From contig NC_073382.1 in assembly GCF_028641065.1 (NCBI RefSeq), positions 59,396,001 through 59,460,000 of the forward strand: a DNA stretch of 64,000 bases, written 5' to 3'. Source of the DNA: Leucoraja erinacea. Lineage: Eukaryota. Of the stretch, positions 1 through 11,654 are shown one piece after another. The stretch's first letter is position 1. Each line of letters opens with the position of its first letter. The position numbers and the translations under genes are program-made. The notes beneath the pieces were generated by a model, which was not told where the DNA came from, made no database searches, and saw only the letters and a program-made list of their open reading frames with translations.

Positions 1-1007
1 TTTTATAACAATATAGCACAACTTTCTTGATGTTTTATTATCTCTCAATAAATTGCACAAATGTTATATACATTAAACAATCTCCCTTAAGATTTGTGTG
101 AATGCCACACATCCCCAAGTTTCCAAACATTTGAATAAAAAAATCTTTAATTGTCTCACTTCATTTCTACCAAGAGCTTAAACAATTCATTTGCTATGTG
201 ACTGTCCACCACCAATTGACCCTTGTCCTCCTCAAATGTATTACTATTCTCATAATGCACTACACCTTTGTCTCCTGGTATGTCTCTATACCCGATTCAA
301 GGTCATAAATATATCCAAATTCCAACATCTGGAGTACACAATACTTTCTTTGAGTTTGATAATATTTCCACTTACTTTGTGGGTATGCAACAGGCAAGGA
401 TCACTCTCACTTTAATCCCATGATCTGAATTTTTGCTGTAAATGTTTTTGTTAAATCACATTAAATACACTCCTCTCAATCCCTCCAATGCAATCAAACA
501 CGATTTATCATTGACAAATCTGTCCGAACTTAATTTGTAATTATATTTTGCCAATTGCCAATTTCTGTCTGCATGGTGCTTCATGGAGAGTAAATATATT
601 CATATAACTATTATATACATAGATATAATGCTATTCATCCGAATATACTCATTGTCTCACTCAATTGTATGATATAATGTCAATCTTGATGCTATAACAT
701 ACAAAGATTGTAAGGCAATAGACAGCTGTAATTTTATGGAGTAGTCAAGATGGGCATGACATGGAAAGTAGAGCAATTGTCCATAAATAGTTAGGAGTGA
801 AGAATGTATTTACAATTTTACTGAAGGAATCCATCCTCTTTCCCCCATCTCTCATCATTTAATTTCTCCCTCTTTTACATAACTTTCTCTGGCCTTCTTC
901 CCTTCGCCTCAATCCTTTTCAATGTTTCCCTTACCATGATATAGCTTATTTTCAAGTCAAGAGTGTTTTATTGTCATATGCCCCACTTAGAACAATGAAA
1001 TTCTTAT

Positions 1008-1087
1008 TCATATATATATACACACACATATATGTGTGTTTGTGTGTGTGTATATATGTATGTATATATGTGTATATATACACACAT
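1008..1087. repeat. (TA)/(TG)/(CA) compound microsatellite
   Basis: Directly visible dinucleotide runs. Confidence 0.8.
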
Positions 1088-1206
1088 CATTCAGAACTTA
1101 TTTGAAGTCACTTAGTTTAACAGCCTGATAGCTGTAGGGAAGATGTTCCTGAACCTGGACATTAGTTTTCAGGCTCCTGTACCTTCTTCGTGATGGCAGT
1201 AGAGAG

Positions 1207-1697
1207 CATGCCGACTGGTTGCATCGTGGCTTGGTACAGCAACCTGAGCGTCCAGGAGCGGAAAAGGCTACAAAAAACTGCCCAGTCCATCATCAGCTCT
1301 GACCTCCCCACCATCGAGGGGATCTATCGCAGGCGCTGCCTCAAAAAGCCTGCCAGCATCATCAAGGACCCACAGCATCCTGGCCACACACTCGTCTCTC
1401 CACTGCCATCAGGTAGAAGGTACAGGAGCCTGAAATCTGGTACATCCAGGTTCATGAACAGCTTCTTCCCCGCAGCCATCAGACTATTAAACACAACTAC
1501 AAACAATGAGCTATAACAGCCTATTGCATGTTATCTGTGTATTTATGTGTGTATACATATATATATATATTCTATGGTATATGGTCACACTGATCTGATC
1601 TGTATTTATGCCTAAAATACTCTGTTGTGCTGCAGCAAGCAAGAATTTCATTGTTCTATCTGGGACACATGACAATAAATTCTCTTGACTTGACTTT
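1207..1697 (+). mobile_element. 3' fragment of Rex1/Babar-like LINE, inverted relative to the surrounding copy
   Basis: ORF 1190-1516 (IIKDPQHPGH..LPSGRRYRS..RFMNSFFP). Ends with caataaa...cttgacttgact. Confidence 0.75.
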
Positions 1698-2845
1698 GCA
1701 ATGGTGAGATGAGTGTGTGGCGAGGATGGTGAGGGTCTCTGATGATGCCGGCTGCCTTTTGAGACAACGACTACAATAAATCCCTTCGATGGTGGGGAGG
1801 TCAGAGCCGGTGATGGACTGGGCAGTGTTTACAACTTTTGCAGTCTTTTCTGCTCCTGGACGTTCAAGTTGCCAAACTAGGCCATGATGCAACAAGTCAA
1901 TATGTTCTCTATTGTACACCTGTAGAAGTTCAAGAGCATCCTCTCTGACATATCGAATCTACGTAATCTTCTTTCAGGAAGTAGGGGCGTTAATGTGCTA
2001 TATTTATAATTGCATCAGTGTGCTGGGTCCAAGAAAGAGATCTTGTGGAAATATACACGCCCAGAAATTTGAAGTTTTGGACTCTCTCCACCAGGATTGT
2101 GGGTCCTCATCCTTCCTCTTCCAAAATCCACAATCAGTTCATTGCTGGCACCATTTGGTCAATTGGTCAATCTTACTTCCATACTCCGACTCATCACCAT
2201 CAGTAATTCGTCCTACAACGGTGGTGTCGATGGCAAACTTGACGATGGAGTTCGCACTATGTCCGGCTACAGTCATGAGTATAGAGTGAGTAGAGCAGGG
2301 GGCTGAGCACGCATCCTTGAGGTGCACCTGTACTAATTGTTAATGAGGAAGAAGTATTTCTGCCAATTCAAACATACTATGGTCTATGGATGAGGAAGTC
2401 AAGGATCCAATTGCTGAGGGGTGCACAGAGACCCACTTCCACGAGCTTGGTAACCAGCTTGGAGGGGATGATGGTATTGAACGCCGAGCTGTAGTCTATA
2501 AACAAAAGCCTGACGTGTTTTTATTGACCAAGTGGTTCAGTGCGGAGTGGAGAGCCAGAGATCGCATCCTCCGTTGACCTGTTGTGACGGTAGGCAAACT
2601 GTAGCGGGTCGACATTCTTGTTGAGGTAGGAGTTGATATCCATCATAACCAACCTCTCAAAGCACTTCATCACCAGACGTTAGTGCTGGTCAATAGTCAT
2701 TGAGGCATGTCACCTTACTCTTCTTGGACACCACTATTATTGATGCCCTCTTAAAGCAGGTGCAAACCTCAGACCTCATTAGTGAGAGATTGAAAATGTC
2801 TGCAAAACCCCCAGCCAGTTGGTCTGCACACGTTTTGAGAACTCA

Positions 2846-3314
2846 ACCGGGGATGTCAGGACTTTCATATGAAGAAAGACTGGATAGACTCGGCTTGTAC
2901 TCGCTAGAATTTAGAAGATTGAGGGGGGATCTTATAGAAACTTACAAAATTCTTAAGGAGTTGGACAGGCTAGATGCAGGAAGATTGTTCCCGATGTTGG
3001 GGAAGTCCAGAACAAGGGATCACAGTTTAAGGATAAGGGGGAAATCTTTTAGGACCAAAATGAGAAAAACATTTTTCACAGAGAGTGGTGAATCTCTGGA
3101 ATTCTCTGCCACAGAAGGTAGTTGAGGCCAATTCATTGGTTATATTTAAGAGGGAGTTAGATGTGGCCCTTGTGGCTAAAGGTATCAGGGGGTATGGAAA
3201 GAAGACAGGTACAGGATACTGAGTTGGATGATCAGCCATGATCATATTGAATGGCGGTGCAGGCTCGAAGGGCCGAATGGCCTACTCCTGCACCTATTTT
3301 CTATGTTTCTATGT
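2846..3314 (+). mobile_element. Young CR1-type LINE 3' fragment
   Basis: [31 protein letters not shown] motif and (TTCTATGT)n tail. Near-identical to the copies at 30.5, 58.7, 59.1 and 61.9 kb. Confidence 0.9.
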
Positions 3315-5005
3315 ATACCATCAGGTCCAGGCGCTTTCCGAGGGTTCACACCCCTGAAGGATCTTCTGACGTCGGCCTCTGTGAATGACTAATACCATCA
3401 GGGCGTATGCGGGCTTGGGAAGGCACATCAGTGTTCTCCGTATCGAAGCGTGTGTAGAATGCTTTGAGCTCGTCAGGGAGTGATGCTGCGTTGCTGCTTG
3501 AGCTGCCACCTGGTTTCGCCTTGCAGGAGGCAATGGCATTCAAACCCTGCCACAGTTGCCGAACATCCACTCCATCCTCTCAGCTTTGAGCGGATGTCCC
3601 TTTTGGCTTTTTTGATGGCCTTGTCAAGGTCCTATCTTGTCCTCTAAGTGTCCCCTGACCAGTATGCCCAGGATTTGGTCCTCAGGAAAATGCAGATCTC
3701 CTGGTTCATCCATCTCCACATTTCCTTATGAAGTCTGCAACAATTGTGACGTATTCATTCAGGTCTGTTGCCGAGTCCTTGAACATTGCCCAGTCTACCG
3801 ACACCAAGCAGTCCTGTAGTTGTTCCTCTGCCTCCCCAGGCTCGCTCTGTGCAGTCCTCACCTCTGTGGGTGTGTTCTTCAGTTGCTGCCTGTATGCAGG
3901 AAGAAGCATTGGCAAGTTTTCCCAAAGTGAGGGTGAGGGATAGAGCGGTAGGCATCCTTGATGGTCCCAGACTGTGGTGGTAAATGTTTCAGGGTACGCT
4001 GTCTGGTGCTTGTTGACCACGGCGTGCAGCTCCTCCAATGTTAGACATACGTCTGCTTGGGGTAAGATGTGGACCGCGGTCAGGATGATGGAGGTGAATT
4101 CTCTCGGGAGGTAGAAGGGACAGCACCTCACCGCCAGATGTTCCAGGTGCGGAGAACAGGAGTTAGACAGAACTGAGCACCACGAAGAGTTGACCATGAG
4201 GCAGACACCCCCACCTCTCCCTTTCCCAGATGCCTGCATATGGTCCATACAATGAATGGAGAAACCTTCAGGCTGTACGGCCGAGTCTGGGGAGCCAGGG
4301 GGTGAGCCATGTCTCTGTGAAACAGGACACAGAGCATTCCCTCAGCTCCCTTTGGTAAAGCAGCCTTGACCTTAAGTCCTCCACTTTATTTTCCAGTAAC
4401 TGTACATTGGCTAGTAGGTTGGTAGGGAGAGGGGGTCGTAGTCCCCATGCGCATCAGTCTGACTTCAGGTCCTGCCCGCCGGCCACGTTTCCGGACACCA
4501 TGGATGCCTCCCCAGTGTTTTCAGGTACAGTACTTACTGTTCCTGTGATCCGCCACCAGGTCAGGGATTCCCACGAGATTGGGATTTCCCTTACAATCAG
4601 CAGTTCCGTTGCTGCCAGTAGATCGCAATAGCGCTAATGTGTTTAAATGCATTAGCAGCTTGTCAGTTGCATCACTGGTTTCTGCTGTTTCTTTTATACA
4701 GGTAAGCTGAGAACTACTATATTTGATGATTTTCTGTTGTGCAGCTGGCAACATGTCGCCGCAGACAGGCGCCATCTTGATTCAACAGCACTTCAGCTTC
4801 AATGACTTCCATCTATCCATGACCTTTCCTGACCTCAATGTTCTAAATTGAGTTCTATCCACATCAAACTTTTCCTTTTCTCTTATGCAATTAAAACACC
4901 AGATGGCACAAAACTGTTGTAATTAAGATATGGCTCTAATACAAAACATGTCGGTGACAAATAAAATGTAGAACAGGGCTGTCGGGCTAGAAATTAAGCT
5001 CACAC

Positions 5006-5089
5006 CTTTGCTGGAATACGTGTTTTTGTAAACTTCGATCTTACGAATTCGGGCCACAAAGATAGAACAGCTTTTGATTCCAACAAATT
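5006..5089 (-). CDS. MRPL30: MRPL30 coding exon 2 (NLLESKAVLSLWPEFVRSKFTKTRIPAK); the gene continues beyond the window start
   Basis: 84-bp exon with a polypyrimidine-CAG acceptor and AAG|GTGTGA donor, phase 0/0. FVRSKFTKTRIPAK matches recalled MRPL30 WIRHKFTRSRIPEK. Head-to-head with MITD1, as in mammals. Confidence 0.85.
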
Positions 5090-6545
5090 CTGAAAAAAAT
5101 AAATTGAAGCATATCTTAAAGTAATTCATCTATTTCATGCAACAAATTGAATTCAATATCCGCTTCCTGTTCAATGGAAAATTCCAACTAAAAATATAGT
5201 TATGGCTGGAACAAGTCACAAAAGCAATTGGTTTACAAGTTGATAAGCACTAACAAAAGACCTTCACTCCTTTATTGTAAATGGATGATGGGTAATAATA
5301 AACAGTATATTTTAACCATTTAAACATTTGAAATATTAGTACACACCCACACCACCCAACTCACTTCAGTAGCCCTGATCTCACATCTCATCCAACCTGG
5401 TGGCTAGCCAGGATTGCAGAAAAATTAGCAATGTATAAGAGGGAAGTGACTTTCAAACTTGGATATGTTTCTCACCCAACACGTACAGCATGGCAATGAC
5501 CAATTATTGATTCTCAAATACCACTCTCATAACTGACCTTTCTCACAATCTGGGGGATACCTTTAGTGCTACTCTGAAATTATGTTGCTGAGCTCCAGCT
5601 GTCCGCTAGCATATGTCACTCTATTATGAGATGTGAAAGGGCCAAACATTGGAATCATTAGTCAGCAACCCCTCTACATAATATAGAACAGAAGAACCGT
5701 AACTAATGAAGTTCAGGTACACCAGTGATTTTCCAGCTCCCTTGGTTCAATAACCTTCCTGGATTATGTGTTTTCCAGAGCTAAGAGGAGTAGAACGGCA
5801 CTGGAAAGATCCACCTAGGCAGCTGAAGGGCCGAGATACAGATGTCCGACCCGGGAATGGATCTGCTAGTTTTGGCTGGGCCGGAGTTCCAGAGCTCCGG
5901 CATGCTGGGAGAAAATTCGACCTGCCGATTGGCTGCAGAAGTCCCGATGAGGTAGATTGGCCGCTTCACGTGGCCTAGACACCACATTTTCAAGGAGACT
6001 TCCAGGGGGGATTTCAAGTGCACTCTTGTAATTTTGTCTGTATTAACAGAGGTGCCAGGGTTCAAATAAAATCAGCATGGACCTGTAGCTGACGAGTGTT
6101 TGGTTACAAGATTAGTCATACAATACAGAAACAGGATTTTGGCCCAATCTGTCCATGCTCTCCATGGTGCACATCTAAGGTTGACCCATTTGTCATTTAA
6201 CATTTGCTATCTATGTAACTGTCCAAATATCTTTTCCATGCACATCCATCTCAACCTTTTTTCTGCTGGTATCTGTGGCAGCTGTTTACCTTTCATTCTA
6301 ACTGGACTGCCTTTATTCTGATTCACAGTGTTCTGTCAAGCTTGCCATGAAGAATCCATCATGAAAACTGTCCTTTAGCACAATTTGTCCATGCTTCACA
6401 AATGCCCAATTATGCTAGTTCCACTTGCCAGTGCTTGAACCCATATCCCTTTAAACATTTCCTAGCCATGTACCCATCCATACCTTTTAAATGTTGTTAT
6501 ACCACCTCAATCATTCTTTTGACATTTGGACTAGATCATGAATAG

Positions 6546-6895
6546 TCAGTATTGTCCACCTATCTGCCAATCTGTCGTAAGTTGCCCAAGCAAAATATGA
6601 GGTGCTGTTCCTCCAATTTATGTTTGACCTCACTCTGACAATGGAGGAGGCCCAGGACAGAAAGGTCAGTATGGGAATGGAAGGGGAACTAAAGGAGATT
6701 GCATAGGCCCAGGAAGACTGAGCAAAGGTGTTCAGCAAAACAATCGCCCAGTCTGCACTTGGTCTCGCCAATATATAGGAGTCCACCCCTATAACAGTAG
6801 ATTCAGTGAATGAGGTTGGAGGAGGTGCAAGCGAACCTCTGCCTCATCTGAATGGACTGTTGGGGTCCTTGGACGGAGTTGGTCTAGGGACAGCT
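6546..6895 (-). mobile_element. Penelope-like (GIY-YIG) element fragment
   Basis: Resembles the YIGETKRRL/FAEHL-bearing copies at 49.4 and 55.2 kb. Confidence 0.65.
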
Positions 6896-6949
6896 GGGGG
6901 AGCTTATAACCTAGAGGTATGTGAAGCTTATAACCTAGAGGCACTTGAA

Positions 6950-8210
6950 GTTGCTTGGGAAACTGAAAAGTCTGAAGGCGGATAAGCCACCTCGACCAGA
7001 TGGAGGTTTCTGAGCTCATGATAAAATAGGCCAAAATCAGCATGGTTTTGTGAAAGGGAGATCTTGCCTGACGAACCTGTTGGAATTATTTGAGGAAGTA
7101 AATTGCAGGAAAGACAAAGTACAGTCAGTGGATGTGGTTTACCTGGATATTCTGAACGCCTTTGATAAAGTGCCACACGCGAGGCTGCTAAAGATGAGAG
7201 CCCATGGTACCAGAGGGAAGATACTAGCATGGATAGCAGGTTGGCTGGATGGCAGAAGACAGATAAAGGGGGCTTTTTCTGGTTGGCTGCCAGTGACTTG
7301 CAGAGTTCCACAGGGTCTGCAACTCTTCACGTTATATATTAAATGATTTGGATGAGGGGATTGAAAGCTTTGTAGCCAAGTTTGCAGATGCTACAAAGTT
7401 AGGTGGTGGCAGGTATTGAAGAGAAAGCAGGGACTCATCAGAAGGACTTGGGCAGGTTTGGAGTGTGGGCAAAGAAGTGGCAGATGGAATACATCATAGC
7501 AAAGTGTGGAGTCGTGCATTTTAGGAATAAAGTCGTAGACTATTTTATAAATGGGAGAGAATTGAGAAATCAGAGGTGTAAAGGGACTTGGGAATACTGG
7601 TGCAGGATTCCCAAAACGTTAATTTGCAAGTCGAATCGGTAGTAAGGAAAGCAAATACTATGCTAGCAGAGAGAACTAGAATATAAAAACAGGGATGCAA
7701 TGCTGAGGCTTTATAAGTGCGTGGTTTTGGGCCGCATACCTGTGAAAGGATGTGCTGGCGTTGGAGGGTGTCTAAAGGTTTACGAGAATTATCCCAGGGA
7801 TGATTGGGTTAACATATGATGAGCATCTGGCAGCAATGGGCCTGTACTCGCTGGAGTTTAGAAGAATGAGGGACCTCATTGAAACTTACCGAATAGTGAA
7901 AGGCCTGGATAGAATGGATGCAGAGAGGATGCAGAAAGGCCATAGCCTCAGACTAAAAGGGCATACCTTTACAAATGAGAGGAGGAATTTATTTAGAGGG
8001 TGGTGAATCTGTGGATTCATTGCAACAGTAGGCAGTGGAGGTGGTCAATCGATATTTTTAAGGCAGAGATTGAGATTCTTGAGTAGGGGTGTCAAGGGTA
8101 ATGGGGAGAAGGCAGGAGAAAGTGATTGAGAGAGAAAGACATCAGCCTTGATTGAAGGGCAGAGTATACTTGGGCCGAAGGGCCTATTTCTGCTCCTATA
8201 ATTTATGAAC
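6950..8210 (+). mobile_element. Old CR1-type LINE RT fragment
   Basis: ORFs contain GRSCLTNLLELFEEV, VDVVYLD..AFDKVPH, KWQMEY and LYSLEFRR, broken by frameshifts. Confidence 0.85.
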
Positions 8211-8703
8211 ATCAATTATCATGCAATCGGGGAGCATGGTGCGGAACCAATAGCTAACATGGAGACAGGCAATGCCAATGTTTTGTACATTGCCTTGAAA
8301 TAAATTTCAACGAAACGGCACAATATTTTGAAATTATCAGGTAGACAGAAAATGCTGGAGTAACTCAGCGGGGCAGACAGCTAATAGAAGCTATTCAAAG
8401 ATTATTTGCAGGAGCCAATTTATCTCCAACAGGAGGAAAAAGCAGGTACCAGGGCCAACCCATGCGGCCAGAGAGTGAATGTCAGGCTGCAGGAATGATG
8501 AGATTTCGCCACTGAACACATTTCACTCGCTCGTCTTGGCTACAAGGTCAGCTATTTTCGTTAATATACACCGTCCCCTTTCAAATACGGAATATAATAC
8601 AACGGCAGGAGAATAATGTCATGGCCCAGAGAACAACCTCCGAGCAGCAAGAAAAGCCCTCAACTTGAAGCGACCTCGAATACATTGTGAGCTCGGCACT
8701 CAC

Positions 8704-8739
8704 CCTCAGTCGGCTCATGTTCCTGCAGAGCGCGGCCAT
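8704..8739 (-). CDS. MRPL30: MRPL30 coding exon 1 (MAALCRNMSRLR)
   Basis: gcgATGG start inside the CpG island and a perfect AGG|GTGAGT donor. Phase 0 joins exon 5006-5089 in frame. Arg-rich, acid-free N-terminus fits a mitochondrial targeting peptide. Confidence 0.8.
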
Positions 8740-8937
8740 CGCCTGAGGCCAATAATCCTCCAGCGAACGCTGATTCAATGGGAAACGCAGCGGCGCGATT
8801 TCGGTTTTTGGACGGCACAATACCGGACGTAGCGCCGGCTCCCCACAACACACGCCGATCACCCCTCTCTGCAGCTGACTAAACCAAACGCAGGCCCGGC
8901 CCGGCCTCCATCACTCAGGCGTTAACGCGCCTAGTGA

Positions 8938-9600
8938 GCCCCTCCCCCACGGCATCGTCACTCAGACATAGACCCCGCCCTCACCACCATAGGCCCCTCC
9001 CCCACGGCATCGTCACTCAGACTTAGACCCCGCCCTCACCACCATAGGCCCCTCCCCCACGGCATCGTCACTCAGACTTAGACCCGCCCTCACCACCATA
9101 GGCCCCTCCCTACACGAATCGTCACTCAGACTTAGACCCCGCCCTCACCACCGTAGGCCCCTCCCCCACGCCATCGTCACTCAGACATAGACCCCGCCCT
9201 CACCACCATAGGCCCCTCCCCTACGGAATCGTCACTCACACAGACCCCGCCCTCACCACCATAGGCCCCTCCCCTACGGAATCGTCACTCAGACTTAGAC
9301 CCCGCCCTCACCACCATAGGCCCCTCCCCTACAGAATCGTCACTCAGACATAGACCCCGCCCTCACCACCATCGCCCTCCCCTACTGATGCGTCACTCCG
9401 ACATAGGCCCCGCCCTCATATACGTCACAGGCATCGGCAAAGATCCTATAGATCTTTGGGCATTGGCCTCGATCCCACTGATTCGTCACTCAGACATAGT
9501 CCCCGACCTCATCATACGTCAGTGAAGCATAGGCCCCTCCCCTACTTATGCGTCACTCCGACATAGGCCCCGCCCTCTTCACACGTCACTGATGCATTGT
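8938..9600. repeat. 55-bp tandem repeat (~8 near-perfect copies plus degenerate ones) with CGTCAC and CCCCGCCC motifs
   Basis: Unit GCCCCTCCCCCACGGCATCGTCACTCAGACWTAGACCCCGCCCTCACCACCATAG; starts at 8938, 8993, 9048. Confidence 0.95.
9438..9458. mobile_element. 21-bp TIR remnant (putative P-type excision footprint)
   Basis: GGCATCGG|CAAAGATCCTATAGATCTTTG|GGCATTGG; 8-bp TSD with 1 mismatch. Confidence 0.7.
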
Positions 9601-9606
9601 CCCGAT

Positions 9607-9623
9607 CTGCTATAGGATATTTG
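9607..9623. mobile_element. 17-bp one-sided TIR remnant (putative P-type excision footprint)
   Basis: GTCCCGAT|CTGCTATAGGATATTTG|GTCCCGAT; perfect 8-bp TSD. Matches the right arm of the 49643 insert at 15/17. Confidence 0.65.
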
Positions 9624-9708
9624 GTCCCGATCCTACTGGTTCGTCACTTGCTGAAGAAGGGTCTCGACCCGAAACCTCGCCTATTTCCTTCGCTCCATAG
9701 ATGCTGCC

Positions 9709-9734
9709 CAGATACTGCTCCACTAGTATCTTTG
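9709..9734. mobile_element. 26-bp TIR remnant (putative P-type excision footprint) inside a SINE-like fragment (~9650-9775)
   Basis: ATGCTGCC|CAGATACTG-CTCCACTAGTATCTTTG|ATGCCGCC. The 17-nt right arm matches the 49481 arm at 16/17. Confidence 0.7.
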
Positions 9735-11509
9735 ATGCCGCCTCACCCGCGGAGTTTCGCCAGCATTTTTGTCGACCGTCACTCAGACGTGGTCCTTGCC
9801 CCATCACACGTCACTCCAGCTTGGCCCCGCCCCGCCCCGCGGTCCCCTCAACCCCAGGCCCGAACCACATCCGCGATTGCTTTCCTTGCAACAGGTGCCG
9901 CTTGTCCCGCTGAGTGGCCCCAGCATTTTCCGTTTTTATTGTGTTTTAAACGTTCTCCTGGTCAAAACATCTCCGCGCACAGGCCCCACCCGGCTCACAG
10001 TCACAGCCGCCCTTGCCCCAGGCAGGTTCAACTCTCAGCAGCGACCGGCGTTTATAAACACTGTCTTCCTGCATTCTGGCCAGAATCGATCCTATTAGTG
10101 ATATATTATTTTAACCCCGCCCCGCTCACTCCCAGCAATTATCCTTGTGCTACGATGCGATTACATTGCTATATTTTACGTGATCCCTGACACAAGCGAC
10201 CACTAAGTGGCACTTTTCTGGCCTTTGGAAGGACAAGATCCTCGGGTATCGGGTGACAGTAAGTATCGGCGCAGGCGAAAGTAACGACGCGGGTGATGAA
10301 TCAGACCGAGAGGAAAGAGATATCACAGGGATTAAATGGAGAAAACTGTTTCCGTGTGGAATCACAGAGTTACCAGTTGCAGAAAGTAATTAGAAACACG
10401 ACTGACCGAATAACTGGGGAGAGGGAAGAACTGCAGAGTAGCCAAAGACATGGATTTTGAGAAGTAATTTCCTTTAAGCTTTTTACATCGCTGTTTCTTC
10501 CTGCATTGATCTGATAACTGGGATTTCTCGCCATCCATAGGAAATCTTGGTGTTACTATTTTACTATTAGTGAGACCGGTCCATTCTCATCTTCATTGTT
10601 TGGTCCTGAAATTTGGTTCAATTTCATCTGTGGGAGTTGAATTTATCGGCTATAGTTTTCTGTTCACTTACACTGTATTCCGATACTTGTACCTAATTTT
10701 GTAAACTTGGTCCAAATCGTCAACATAATATTTATTCCTAACTCTCTAACTCAGCCCTATTATACTCTCGTCTGGAGTTAACTTTGTTGTCAAAAAGTCA
10801 ATATGAATTTATAAAGTGTAGTAATTGTCAAAATAGAAAATTATTTGAAGAGGTAAACATAGCAATTGCCAGGGGCATGTCTGTGGATGGTATTTAAATA
10901 GATTTCAAAATGCCATTTCACAAAGTCTATAATATGAGATGCTAAGCTAAGGTTCACAGTTTTATTCTAAACACCAAAAGAAAATGCAGATTTGAAAAAA
11001 TAAATGTTTTGTACAACAGGCCACATCAAGCTCCCTCTCTATCTCCCATTATATTGCTGATCCCTCCCAAGTTTTCATGGATTCCTCCACTTGCCCATCT
11101 TCACCAGAATCAATCCCCACATCTAACCATCATTGTTTGCCTTATTGTGAAGAGATCCAATCCTGCTCTGTCACCTTTTTGTTGTTCCCCCGCCCTTGCT
11201 TCCCAACCATCATTGTACCTCAGATATTTCCACCCCATGTGCCCTCATGGTGAAGAAATAATATAGCATGATCAAACTTAAAGACATGAAAAGGAAGTTT
11301 ATTTTCATTCAACCTCTTCCAATTAGATAGACACTCTTGATTTTATTAGAACAAGGTTTAGTGGCCAAAATATGTTTCTTAATGTGTCCAATAACATTAA
11401 ACCCATGTTTATGAGGAAACATCTTGAGTTTTATTCTAATATCCAGTTAGCATTTATTGCTGTTTTAAATGTGTTTTATCAACTTCCATTAACTGTAGAT
11501 TCAGCTGCC

Positions 11510-11654
11510 ATGTCTCAGAGTGTGTTGGCAGGAATGGAGAACTCAGCCGTGACTGTGCTGAAGAGGGCGATCGAATTGGACAATGAATCCCGCTTGCCAG
11601 ATGCATTGGTTTGTTATCAGGAAGGCATCCATCTTCTGATGGAAGTTCTGAAAG
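11510..11654 (+). CDS. MITD1: MITD1 coding exon 1 (MIT domain N-terminal half)
   Basis: gccATG; [24 protein letters not shown]...[20 protein letters not shown] acceptor ends at 11498; GT donor at 11655. Confidence 0.93.

Larger units (their letters stand above)
952..4785 (-). mobile_element. Degraded Rex1/Babar-like non-LTR retrotransposon (APE + RT remnants), interrupted by other insertions
   Basis: Minus-strand ORFs 3706-4248 (GRGGGVCLMVN...PFYLPREF, APE-like) and 2139-2327 (IVKFAIDTTVVG, RT-like). (CTTGA)n-type 3' end at ~952. 5' end carries AAGATGGCG near 4770-4778. Confidence 0.75.
8600..10300. promoter_or_regulatory. CpG-island bidirectional promoter of MRPL30 and MITD1
   Basis: CpG-rich, lies between the divergent genes, many GC boxes and CGTCA motifs. 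Candidate MITD1 5'UTR donor ACA|GTAAGT at 10258/10259. Confidence 0.75.

Noticed and set aside
1-950. Further MRPL30 exons
   Set aside because: No reading frame resembling the following MRPL30 sequence was recognisable.
8938-9600. CRISPR-like array
   Set aside because: Units are head-to-tail with no unique spacers, there are no cas genes, and the context is vertebrate; it is a minisatellite.
9597-10190. 197-aa ORF in the CpG island
   Set aside because: It runs through SINE and footprint sequence and has no recognisable domain.
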